Of a stretch of 64,000 bases of DNA, positions 40,401-54,400 are shown in pieces. The stretch covers positions 1-64,000 of the forward strand of contig JASANG010002574.1 in NCBI GenBank assembly GCA_030248215.1, in the 5' to 3' direction. The notes under the pieces are model-generated. The model was given only the letters and a program-made list of their open reading frames with translations, searched no databases and was not told the origin of the DNA. Numbering within the stretch: position 1 is the stretch's first letter; each line of letters starts with the position of its first letter. Made by a program: the position numbers and the translations under genes. The stretch comes from Enoplolaimus lenunculus (Eukaryota).

Positions 40401-42357
40401 TTTTAGATTTGTTAATTTTAAACTTTTTAGAAATTTAAATTTTTACATTTAAGATTTGTTAATTTTAAAATTTTTAGAAATTTAAATTTTTACATTTGTT
40501 AATTTTAAACTGTTTAGAAATTTATATCTTTAGATTTGTTCATTTTAAATTCTTTATCGAACCTCGTATTTTAATATTAATTTTATATATTTTAAAAATA
40601 TAAAATATGAGTAAAGCTGCAATTCAGCATCGTCAAAGACCTGCGGCCGGCATTAAACGGCGTGCAACGTTTACAGCGCTGCCTCGCCAATTATCATCAA
40701 GGTTCCAGGGTAAGTGCTTAAATAATAAAGCCGTGGTACACTTGCCTTTCATCCCACATCGAAATTTTAGGCTAAAGCTTAGGCTTATGCAAAGGTATCC
40801 GTAAGGCTTTTCGTAAACGCAAGCCTAAGCCTGAGCCTAAGCGTGTGTGGGGGGTAAAGTGTACAATTGCTGCTGTTGATTCAACTGTACTCGTTTTAAT
40901 TTTTAAAAACATCCTACAAATATTATTTCATTTTATTCGGGTATAATTTTACACTGAAATACTTAGGGTTGCGCTATACTTTTGTTGACGTTGGACGCCG
41001 TCCGACGTCGTCCATCACCCGTATGGCGCCGTCCGTTACCGTACGTGAACCGTACGGCGCCGTCCGTCACTATACGGTGTCATACGTGTGTAATCTGCGT
41101 ACGATAACGCACGGTGACGGACGGCGACTGCTATGACGGACGGCGCCGTACGGGTGACGAACGACACCGGACTATGACTGACGGCGCCGTACGGGTGACG
41201 AACGGCGCCGTACGGCGATGAACGGCGCCATACGAGAGACGAACAGCGCTGCACGAGGAGTACAGCGGCACCCTAAGGTTTAATTTCACGGAACTTTAAA
41301 AAACTAATTAATTAGAAATAGAAGATATAGTTTTCCTATAGACTTAGGTTTTGATTTACAGAACTGAACCACGGTCAAATTTTAAAATTTGCAACTCTTG
41401 AAGCATAAGATCGACAAATTAATAATTCAACAAAAAGTAAAACCTTTTAGCGTTTAATGCAAACGTAGATTCAGTCGTTTATATTCCTCGCCCGTCGTTG
41501 TGTAAACAACACTGGCTGGGTTTGTGAAATCTTACTTAAGTATTTACTTAAATTGTACTTAAGCAATTATTTCGCTTAAGTAAATGCTTTTATGAGCAAA
41601 AACAAATACACGCCAAAAGTGAGCCATTGTCATAACAAGAAAGTGATAGTTTTGCTTTATATTAAGGACGCACAAGAGTTTACAATTTCAGCGAGACCAA
41701 GACTAATATACCTGATCTGTTAATTTGTAATATATCAAATTGTAGTCAGCGGCGTAAGCATTTACGTTAGTATGCTTTAAATAAGGAAAAAATGGTTTAA
41801 GTAATTACTTAGCGCATAGTTAACTATCGTTTCAGAAACTCAACAATTATAATTTAAGCAATTTTTTTAAACTCAAACATTATATGAAGAGACCACAAAC
41901 GTTTCTAACACTATGTTCCATGTACTGAACTAAAGCAGTAGCTTTGATTTTGGGAACTAAAATATTCCTGATATCCCCAGGACCAAAATTTCTAATGAAG
42001 TTTAGACCACAACTAACCCCCGCCATAGATTACGCCTTTGTCTTGAGGGTCCGAGATGCAGTATATGTATTTGTTCAGGGTGCAGGCTTGATACTGCAAA
42101 AATTATTAATACCGGCACCTTTGAAATTGTTATTAATGTTTACTTTTTGAAAACATTTTTTTTTCATTTTAAATTATTAAATCAGCTGTGTTTTTCGTTT
42201 AAGTATATATTTTTAAAATCACACACGATTACGCAAGGGTAAACGACCGAGATTACACTTGATTTTGCGCAGTACAGATTTCGGTGACCTGCGTTTAATG
42301 TAGTTTAAACAGTAATTACATTGTCGTGCATTAAAAAATAAAAATATACATATTTGT

Positions 42358-42450
<93 letters not shown>

Positions 42451-45400
42451 ATTTATATATTAAATAAATAGAAGAAATCACTTCAAAACAGTGTTTCATC
42501 TATAGGAAAACATTGTAACGGCTTAATCGTACCTGTGGTAACCGGTCCTTCTGTCTTCCAAACAACCGTGGACCCTTGTGCCCGGCTGGGCACCAATGAA
42601 TTCGGACCCGTAGGCGAAGGGGATCCAGGGGGGGCTCAGTTCACTTGGAAGAATTTTGCCGCAATCCCTAGAAAATTGTCAACATTGCTTGCAAAGGTAA
42701 CTAAAAGCGAGCGAGAAAAAAAGTTGACATTTGAAAGTTATGATTGTATTTTAAAACCTGTGAAACTACAAGTATTTTGAAACCATTTGAAATTTTGCTC
42801 ATTCAAATTACGGTACCAAAATTTAAGTTTGGAGTTGTTCGTTTTAGATGCTATATATCTAAAAAAAAGTTTTTTTCCAAAAACAACAGCTATATTCCGT
42901 TGCGAAATAGTAAATGAAAACTCGTGAGCGACGCGAACAAGAAGCCAAACGCAATTTTCAGCATGCAAACATTCGGAAAAGCTGTAATGCCACAACGCAA
43001 CTTAATTTGCAGAAAAAATTATCGTTGTTTGTTTATTGTTTTGCCAACATAAATGACGCAACCTCCAAGGCGCAAGGGTCGCATCTGAGGGTCTGTGTGA
43101 CTCGGACCTGCTTTAACCATTAACTTGAAAATTTAAGTATAATATTTGACGTTAGTTCAAAATCGGCTAAAAATCATATCATTGCAACTCAACCATTGAC
43201 ACAAATTTAAGACATATATAAACAAAATTATTTACAGCAAGAAAACTATTATAAATTAGCACAGTAGCATTTCTACTGACCAGGAGCGTAAACAAGGAAA
43301 AGAACGGAAAGCACAAATTCCGGTACTCAAGAGGGTCCGCAAACAAATGTAATCTGATGAGGGCACCCGGAAAGTTTAGGGGTCACTGTACCATAGCAGG
43401 TTTTAGCATAGTGATGTATATTTTACAACTTGATCTGAGATAGTAATTGCTGAATTTTGGGGGCAGGGCGGACACTCGGCGCTTTTCCACGCTGGTGCCA
43501 GTTTTCGTTGGAGTAAACTTGGAAAACGTTTCGACGCAAACTGTAAAACGTTGACTTTTGACTGTTGCCGCGGAAAACATTTGTCAAATAAATTGTTTGC
43601 GGTTGTAAAGTTTCAAATTATAATGCAATTTTTTTCAAAAAATTTGAAAATGGTTTTTTCTGAAATGCATTAACCACGGAACTTTTTTTAGAAGCGACAA
43701 GAAAAATTTTCTTAACATACAATTTTATTAATGCTGCCGGAAATTTGAAAATAATAAAGATTTCCAAAAATACTTGTCAAAAATTTGTTAACATAGAATT
43801 TTTGGCCCATGTATAGAACAGGGCCGGATCGTTTTTCGGAAGGGCTATAATAGAGTCAGTTTACGCTTTAGACTAATTTTTTGCTTAGGCTTAGGCTTAG
43901 GCTTAGGCTTAGGAATAGGCTCATCCATACGCTAAGGCTTAGGCTCAGGCTTAGGCTTAGGAATATGTGTATACAACTGTTCCGGCGCTGTTCTATAGGC
44001 CGAATTTTTTTAATGTTAAAAACAATTTTCGCATGGGCGCAGATGAGCGTAAAGAAGATGGCACCAGCACTTCCCACGTAGTGGTGACCGCACAGACGTT
44101 GGTCCAAACAGGGCCGCCGCAGCCAGCTCATCTTGCTATAGGAACTAAAAATATTAGGATGGTCACACAATGGCATGCGATGACTTATAATCGAGGTTAA
44201 AACTTTTCTAATAGAAGGCAAACATTTTCGAGCGCGCTGGATCCGTTGTGGCCGTCCTCTGGCTACAAGCCTTGGGTCAGGCACCTAGCCGTCTCACCTT
44301 GCTAACGGAAGCCAAAAATTTTTCAGGGAGGCATTCAAGGGTTTACAATGACCTAAAAACACGTTTGAAAATCTTCTGAGGGGACAAAATTTATCCATGG
44401 GGGGCTGAGCATCCCCTTGCCCCCCCGGTTGGCTACGAGTCCTGCCTGCGTCTAAATATTGATATCATATGTAAAATGGTATACCTACACTGGAAAAAAG
44501 ATGGTGAGTCAAATTAACTCTCAAATGTGACTATGGTGATGTCGAATTTTGACTCAGTTTGCGTGGTCAGGAAAAGCCTATTTCAAAAAGAGTCAAAATT
44601 GTCTCACCGTTTTTTGCAGTATATTAATAGCCTAACACTTTCTCTTTATTAGCTATGTATTTACGCCTGTACCGTGTCAATAATTATTCTCGCTGATTAA
44701 ATAATGTTTAAAAATTTAATTTGAAAACAAATTTGGTCGACCTAAATCGTTGCAAAATCACACAAGTGTGCCTATATATTGTTTTATTATCAAAAGATTT
44801 TTGTATTTCGTCAATCTAAGAAACATTAGTTTTTGGTTATCCGCCTGGAAAAATAATGGAAGGATTTGAACGCGTAAAATATATATTCCATCCTGTTGGA
44901 CGGTGTGCAATATTATTGCAAATTGCATAACGCGCACGCAACGCAACGTAATGCATGCACATCGTATGCCCCGATGCACTTTTATAACACTTTAAAAGAA
45001 TGTAAAACGCACAAACGGCCGTGTTTCATCTTTCATTTTTTATCTTTATATATCACCATAAAAAATACCTAAATTGTTCTTGAAGATATTATTTTCTATT
45101 CATTTTTACTTTATTCTCTCTTTATTTTTTTTGATTTGGTCAAATTTTCTCATTTTTCCAGAAACTATAATCATCATATTTGTTATAATGTTTTTTGTAT
45201 ATATGTTTGTTTATATTAATAATTTTTTTAGTTTCGTAATAAATATTAACCAGCATTGTTTATTAATTAAAGTTTTTTCTTCTATTTTTTTAAAAAAGTG
45301 AAAACCTGTGATTTGTTTTAATTTTTTCATTCATTTTTTACTAGAAAATCAAAATTGAAATGAATATTTTGACAGCTTCATAAAAGTTACTCATGTCGAA

Positions 45401-48400
45401 ATAACAATTTTTCAAAGACAAAGTTTAAAATATATAAATGATTACAAATAAATTTGCCACAAAACCATAAAAATTCAGGTTGCTGCATCTTTGAATGTAA
45501 GAACAGGAACATGATTTTTAAAATATTTTTAATTTAGTCTTTAAAATTTAATATCAACTTGAGGTCAGAACTCAGAACTTTTGGATAGCAGACGCTCAGC
45601 ATTATCGTTAGCGAATAACAGAACTGGACCAAATGCACACACGGTACACTGCATATTTTGCCTTGTATCATTTTAGCAATTAGCGCAGTGCGATGTTAAG
45701 GCTTACTTGCAACGGGAAAGCCTTAAGTATAACCCCAAAGAGTTATTTCAGTTGGGTTACAGAAATTAAATCAAAATCTACGCTCAATTCTGAACACTAA
45801 TGCAAAAGCTCTTATACTGCTGTGTTGTGTGAAGTTTTGGCTAACTTAGCGATATTACACTTTTTCGCTAAACTGGAACTAATAAAAAATATTCTAGAAT
45901 ACGAGTTGAGGTAATATTATGCAATCAAAGGCATGCGCCATTTGAGTGCTAGCAGTCGGATATCCAGTCTAAGCAGTCATAGTCTGAGCTCTTGCAATCC
46001 CGAGAATTGTCTTTAGGTTTCAAGTGTTTACGTTCATACATTGTCACGACTAAGATATTGTTTGGTATTTCAGACATTAATACTTTAAAACAGCTCAGAT
46101 ATTTGGGTCTGAAATAAATAAAATATGAAATTTTATATTCAAGAAATTACTGTTGCCAATTTGAAAGACATAACTTTTTTCTTTTCACGAAATAGTTATC
46201 TTGTATTTAAAAATAGATTTTCCGAGTTCGTTGTACTAGTGCCTAAACGAGATGCTACGTTTACATTAAGAATCAATAAAAAAAGCGTATTTCAAGGATG
46301 TGGCTTGTTAAGCTCATGCTTCCCCCAACCTAAATTTACGTCTTGGACGGATCTTATGTTATATAGCTCCTAATTTTCGAGTCACCTACCTGCTAAATGT
46401 TTGATTTTAAAAACAGCGTGTCTTGAAAATCAGCAAAACAAGCCTTATATTTCAGACATGTTTGTCTTATATTTCAGAAATATTTATTTCCATCATTGAT
46501 AAAACGAATTTGTAAATTTCAAACTTTTTATTCTGAAATTTTCAGTTCAGACTCATATTTCTAAAAAATTTATGTAACAAATGTCTGAAATTCAAGCCAT
46601 ACGAATATCTGGAGTCTGTCCGAAGACACTGTAGGCTTAAAATTTCAGACAATGTGTGTTGAATATTTGACAATTTGTTTTGTGTCTTAAGTTTCAAACT
46701 TTTAATTTTGAAAACTTTTAGTTCAGTTCCATATTTCTGAAAATTTTACTGTAATAAATGTTTGTGATTTAAGTCATTGAAAAGTTTTCAAAAAAGCCTA
46801 ATTAATTCCACGTTCTAGTGCTTCGTGTTAACTCATTTGATACATCATTTCAACTCATAAACACAAACTTGCATACTTTAGAGCCCGTAGCCCCAGAAGT
46901 TTAATTTTAATCTCGATTGTAAGCCATTTGAAATTCTTGCATGCCTGTCTTGAATTTTGTTTTCACCCCTCGTTGGGTTGGTTCGCAAAAGTATTCCAGT
47001 ATTTATACAATTTTGGCCGATTTTGAGATTTTCCAATGACAGCTTAAAACAGTTGTTACGAGCCTGCATACTTGTTTTACGAAAAGGAAGTCAATTTTAA
47101 AATTATGCAATTTTTAATTTAATTACTATAAGAACACTACTATCAGCATTATTAATTCTTGAAAATGAGTATATTTCACTAGAGACAAAAAGAAACAAAT
47201 ATTACACGAGTTTCCTTGTGAAATTTAAGACTATTTTTTTCTTGAAAAATGAGAGTTTTTCATGTTTACGATACCCACTGAAAATCTATTAAGTATGTTA
47301 AGTGGGATTGCATTTATTGTCAAATTATTGCAGTCCGTTATTGCAACTGCAATATAGTATCGCATTATACATATACATATATATACTATGATAAGTTGAA
47401 ACTTTCAGGTACAAGTATTGTTGGACATAACTTCGCTCGAGACATTGTGGTGACACGACATAAAAATATAGTAATTTTTGTTTGGTTTAGGCAAACTTTT
47501 GAAGTAATTTCTCTTTCTTTTTTGGGAAATAAATATTTATTTCTTTGTCACCTGTAATAGATTGCACTGTAAATTACGATGAGTTGAAACATGAACTCAG
47601 CTAGCGCGAGTTCATTATTTCTGAGTAAATAACAGCAAGCTTAACTCGCTCTGTGTTGAGTAGTGATTTTCACTTTCAGTTGATTTGATTCTAAGTGAAT
47701 TGATCAATTAACTCACAATGAGTTGAGTCATCAACTCGTAGTTCTTAGTTCTGATAGTACTAACCTAGACAGAGTGATTCAACTCAATCTGAGTTTAAAA
47801 TTAACACATTGGAATATATATAAGAATATAACTTGTATGTTAGGCAATTTTTACAAGCTAACATATACGCAACATAAACCTACAGCGGTGGATACTAGCG
47901 ATGGAACATAGGATATTTTCCACTAGTGCAAACTGTCCCATTTCGATTTTGAAAATCAGCCGAAACAATTTCGCCATTTGAGTTGGTTGCTGTGCTGCCA
48001 TTGGCTCTGCTACAATATGTCCTCCAGAAGGTTCTGGTGACTAGAAAAAAGCACCTTCAACCGGACTTCAAATAACTTTCCCATTTTTAGAGGTTAAAAA
48101 TTTATCTTTTACATGAGATTAAACCGTTCCTGAACCGGATTGGTCGCAACGGTACTGTAAGTTCATTGGTTAGAATTTAAAATTCAATATTAAGTTTTAC
48201 TGTATCAATTTTGACTTCTGTACTTATGATCGTAAAATTTTGAAACTTAAATTTATTTTCAAATAATTGTACTTCGATTTCTAAAAGTCCTGGATCTGAC
48301 ACTGTTATATCAACAGTGCCGGAGAAAGCTAGGGAGGGCCCCCCCCCGACTCCCTGCGGGTGGGTGACCCTTGCAATGATAAAAATATTTTTCAAAATTT

Positions 48401-51400
48401 TCGTTTAAATTCTTGCGATGCTGGGGGCCCATCTTTGAGGTGAGATTCTTCGAATTGGAGATATATTGAGCGGTTGCTCAGTCCCTTCACATCAAACAGA
48501 TTTAAAGTCAAGTTGAAACAATTTCAACGCTGGTTTCGGCATTTCTATTTTTGTCTCAAATGTGTTGCGAAATATTGTGATTGTAGAATTTTGCCCAAAA
48601 AATTAATTGCAGCAAAGTGGTTGCTCAAGCGCTGCATATCAAATTAATTTGAACTCAAGTTGAAACTATTTCAACGCTGGTTTCGGCATTTCTACTTTTT
48701 GTCTCAAATGTCTTGCGAAATATTGTGATTGTAGAATTTTGCCCAAAAAATTAATTGCAGCAAAGTGGTTGCTCAAGCCCTACATATCGAATTAATTTGA
48801 ACTCAAGTTGAAACTATTTCAACGCTGGTTTCGGTATTTCTATTTTTTGTCTCAAATGTGTTGCGAAATATTTTGATTGTAGAATTTTGCGCAAAAAATT
48901 AATTGCAACAATTTTTTTTACAATATCGTGATTTCAAGCAAATTTAACAAAATAAACTTTATGCGTTCACATTTTTCGGTATTTTTTTATTATTTCATAT
49001 GTGAACTGTGAAATTATTGCATAAAGTGTGACCGGATATTGTAAAGATATCCGCAATTATAGTTTTTTGTGCGTTGTTTTTCATTTTCAACGCTGATTAT
49101 TCCTTCGTATTTTATTTATTATACAATTTTCGACTGTTACTTTAAAAGGCGTAACAGTAGATTAAGCGTATTCCTAAGCCTAAACCTAAGCCTAAGCGTT
49201 GCAAAAATGAATTCCTAAGCTTAAGCCTAAGCGTTGCAAAAATGAATTCCTAAGCTTAAGCCTAAGCCTAAGCATTGCAAAAATGAATTCCTAAGCCTAA
49301 GCCTAAGCCTAAGCGTTGCAAAAATGAATTCCTAAGCATAAGCCTAAGCCTAAGCAAAAAATGTAATCGAGAATCTAAAACGTACTCTTTTATAGACCAA
49401 CCAGAAACCTGGACGCCTCTTACAGTAACATATGGCCAATTTTCCATACAGCGAAACAACTCGTTCATCAACATAAACTGCCCTATGCAACAGGTAGTAA
49501 TTTATTGGTAATTTAATTAATAATTTTTCAAATTAATATCAAAAAATACTTACATCGTTTATTTTTTGTTTAGCTCCTAGCTGTGATAAATGCACCAAAG
49601 ATTACAATTCGGCTCCATGAAAAAGGACCTTGAATCAGGGCCTTATTTTAAAATGTGTTTAGCAACTATCACCAGTTGGTAAATAGGTTATGCAACATCC
49701 ACAATATCATGCGTACACAAGGTGGCTTTTGAGGGAACAGCGTGATGGACACTGAAGCTTTTTTGACTGTATTGTGCTGTACACTGAAAGCTTTTTAGTT
49801 TCAGCGTGCAGCACACGTAAGCTTTTTTGGCTTTAGTGTTCATCACACTTCTTCCTTCAAAGTCATCAAGTGTACGCGTGATACTGTGGAAGTTGCATTA
49901 TAGTTCTCAAAAAAGCAATTGAGTTGAAATATTCACAGTTGAATCATTGTAAGTTAGTGTTATAGAAACCCGTGGGATACATGGTTTAAACCAGTGCTTA
50001 CTAGAAAAAAGTGCGAATAAGAATTGGGTGGGCGATTGCTGGAATATTTTTGTGAACTCCAATATTTGTTCTAGAAAGTTGTCATTTACAGCTAAAGTAT
50101 TGCACTTGTTATGGACCAATGTATAGAACAGGGCTGTAACTGTAGTATAAGCATAGTATTTAGACTAAGCCTAATACCCTAAGCCTAAGCAAAAATTAGT
50201 CAAAAACTTAAGATTACTCTATTGCAGACACGCAGAGAAACGTTCCGCCCCTGATATGTACACGAACCCAAAATGTTAACAAGTTTGACCAATGTTAAGA
50301 ACAGGGGCGGAACAGCATTATAATCATATTCCTAAACCTAAACCTAAGACTAAGCCAAGCAAAAAATAGTCTACAGCTTAAGCTTACTCTTTTCTAGTCT
50401 CACAGAAAAACGTTCCGCTCCTGATCTTTATATGGGCCACAAAACTTTAACCCCTTCTCACATTGAGTTGCCTGTAGGCAACTCAGTGCAGTGTATATTG
50501 CAACACGTATACATAGTACTAAATTACCACAGGACGTGAGAGTCCCCTCGCGCTCGAGCGTCAAGCTCCTATAGCTGAGTGATAATGGTATACGCCTCCC
50601 ACTCCGGTCGCTGAAGTTCGAATTCTAGCATAAAAGTAGATCTCAGAAGAAATAGAAAATATTCATGTGAGAAAGGGTTAAAATAACCAAGCAGTATTTC
50701 TATTATCCTCTGATTTCAACCGTTTCAAAATGTGAATCTCTTCTCAAAGTTTTGTTGCAAAACATTTTTGATTAATAACTTTGACGTACAAGAATGCAGA
50801 ATCTGTAAATATACTCAATCTGACCTTACTTAATACATTGATCTCAACAGGGCCGTTGCCAGGATTCTACGATTCCGGGAGTGGGGGAACGCTACGTACT
50901 TCCATAAAATTTAGAACGGGTATGTGGTCTCCAAAAAACAATCTTCAAACCCCCTCCTCAAAAATCGCAAAGGCGATTGACCCCGAAACCTCGACCCCCG
51001 GAATACGCCCTAGGATGCGAACTCTGAGTTGGTCAGTAGTAACTTTTAAAAATGAATAAATGTCATTTGTTTCTGGCAGTATTTGATTAAATCAATATAA
51101 TGAGAAAAAATGTTGTTTAACATTTTTCATTCACATTTTCGGCCTAATTTTTGTCATTTTTACGTTAAAAACAACATTTATTCCTAAATTAAATAATACT
51201 GAGAAAATATTACTTAATCAAATTTTTGTTTAGACAAAATTGAGTTTATAGAGCAGCTTCGAGCGAGATTGCTGTACCAGCTGAAAAAAATTGTTCTTTA
51301 AATGAGGGGGGCGGTTGGAGATGTATCCCACACCACCGACCATGCCGTGCTTATATTCTTGCGATACAAATTGTTTATTTGAAGTTCACAATGGCGTTTC

Positions 51401-54400
51401 AAGATGAACAGGTGAAAAATATGGCAAAGTTGCAAACCAAATTGCAAAATTTTAGAATACAAAGAGTATTTTCAACTGTGGAACATCCTGGATCTGCCAC
51501 AGGATGCTTCATTACGAAATTTATTCAATTTTATTTTAAAATTAATATTTAAGTTATTTTTCAATGACAGTTCAAGCTTTGCAACATCAACTGACGAAGC
51601 CCCACAGGAAAAATTATTTGATATCATTTTATTAAAGTGGTCGACAAAAAAATGTTTTGTTCAGCAGAATTTACTCAAATTAACCAATTAATATATTAAT
51701 TTAGAATTTTTATTTAAACCGTTTAAACGAAATTTAAAAAATAGTGCACTGTAAATTCTAGTGAGTTGACTTTAACTCAGAATGAGTTGAATCCACTCAT
51801 AAGCCTGAGCTCTAAGTTAGGTCGTTCAGAACTAAGAATTCTGAACTGGTTTAGACCATTCTGTTTTTATTAATCAACTCAACACGGAATTAGATAAGCT
51901 CAGAATGAGTCACTATTTTGTGCTGTTAACTCAGAAATGACCAAAAATAACTAATTCTCTCTCTGAGTTGATTAATTCACTCACTGGAATTTACTGGGTG
52001 CGGAAAATCTTTTAAATATGTAAAATTGAGACATTCTGCATACGCCATTGGCGTTAAATTAAAATTAAACAAACTATCGAAATTCTGAAATGTTTTCAAA
52101 TAAATGTTTTAATTGATCATAGTTGATAAATTCAAATTTTTTTCAATTTCGTTTCACCGCCAGCCTAGGAATACGTCTCAAAATTTGACCAGCTGTTAAT
52201 CTTGGCGATTCCATGTCCAGGCCTATGTAAAGAACAGGGGCGGAACAGTATTATAAGCATTTTCCTAAGCCTAAGCCTAAGCGAAAGAATAAGCATATTC
52301 GTAAACCTAAGGCTAAACCAGGCAAGAAATTAGTCTAAACCTTAAGCTTACTCAATTGCAGTCCCACAGAAAGACGTTCCGCCCCTGATCTTTACATGAG
52401 CCCATGTCGGCAGCCGGTGCGCTGTTATCATTACTAAATTTCGGTTTATTATATTTTGCAAACCAATATATGTCGCTTTTAATGGTCAGAGTTTGTGTAA
52501 ACAGTGGCGGATCCACAAATTTCCCCCCGCAAGCAATATCATACTGCGGTGTATTTTCAAAAATTTTCCCTGAAAATAGAGTATATCCCCTTGTTCAGCT
52601 CTCAAATTATAATTACACCTTAAATGACACACCATCAAGGGAAGACAATTTAAAAACGGGGGGGGGGGGGTGATGCCACCGTTACATTACTAATCCCGTA
52701 GATTGAACTCTGTACGATGGTTTGAGCAAATATTTGCTATTTGCATACGTTTTGGCACACATTGGTACGTTCACTCTTGGCGTTAGGTTACATAGTTTGT
52801 TTTGGCCTAAATAAGGGTATATTTCCTGTAAACATACCGCATTCGAATGCTTATTTAAACGGGATTTACAACCTCTAAAGCGAACATTGCAGTAATAATT
52901 TATTAAATTTAAAAAATTTATGGTATCATTTTGACTAATTTAGGGTTGATAAGTATTTTCTATACTGCAATAAGTAAACCTATTTAATTCCTATTTCAAA
53001 ACAGTTTATTTTTGCAAATATTCAGGAAATAATGTCTAGAATTCAATACATTTGTATTGTATTATCTCGAACTTCTGACGAATGTCTTCATTTATTATTT
53101 TAATTTACTATTTTTTTAAAATATTTATCACTTTAATTTACTCATTTTTTGAGATATATTTTTTATATTTATTGTATTAAGTTTATTGATATAAGTTTCC
53201 GACTTTATGTAAAAGGTTAAAAACGAATAAAGTTGTAATTATAACAGAAACACAATAGTTTGCTAATTTTCAAGACATAAATGATTTACAGGCAAAAATA
53301 CGGCCGAAAACATTTATTCCCAAATAGTGAAACGTAATGGTTCTATTTGACTTTGGTATATAAATTAATTTAGGCTGGGTTTCTGAAATCTTACTTAAGT
53401 GTTTTACTTAAGTATTTACTTTAAGTTATACATAAGTAATTACTTAAGTCACCTACTTATAAGTACATAACTTTTCGATCAAAAACAAATATATGCCAAA
53501 CGTGAGCCACAGTCATAACAAAGTAGTAATATATAGTTATGAGTCTACAACTTCAATTAGAACAAGGCTAGTATGCCTGAGCTGCAAATCTCTACTATGT
53601 TAAAATTAGTCAGCGACTTAAGTGTTTACTTAACTTAAGTAAGCTTTTAACAACGACAAAATGATTAATTAATTGTTTATAGAACGTACTGGAGTGCTTA
53701 GCCATACTTAAGTACGGTGTCAGAAACCCAGCCGTTATTTCCAGAAATTGCCTAATGGTATACTTTTGTCTAAAATTCAGACTAAAATCTGATCTTCGAA
53801 TTATTTCATATAGGATTAGGGATAATTGAGAAACAAAATTATTTTTATTTTATTAAATACAATGTTTTTGTGATATTTTACAACAATAATCATTAGAGTT
53901 GTTAATTTAATAAACGTGGGAATATTTGAAAATACCTGCGAATAGACTTTAGTATTTTTTATGAAATTAAATAAAAATATTATATTTGATGAAATTACTA
54001 GATCACCAGCTCTGATTTAAACTTAAATTTTTTTACGGTAAAAGTATGTCCAATTTTTATTGTACCTTCACAGAGTGGATCACACTGTGTTTATTGGTAC
54101 GAAAATTTTCTCAAATGTCTGTTTCACACAATTTTTAAGTGGAAATTGTTTTAATTGCAAATATGATTTTATGATTTATTTATTTCTCATAATAATTTAT
54201 AAAGAAAATTTTTGCAATTCGGAAAAGATCACTAGTTTTGAGACTGACATTTGAGCTTTTTTTGCAATTTTCTAATCAGACCCGTAACCTGCTCACCTTG
54301 CTAGGGGTGGGAGGCATAAAACTTTTCTGGATGCGCATACAAGGTACGTATTTCGATGACGACAAGCAAGGTTATTAGATAGATTAAAAAATTTTCATGG

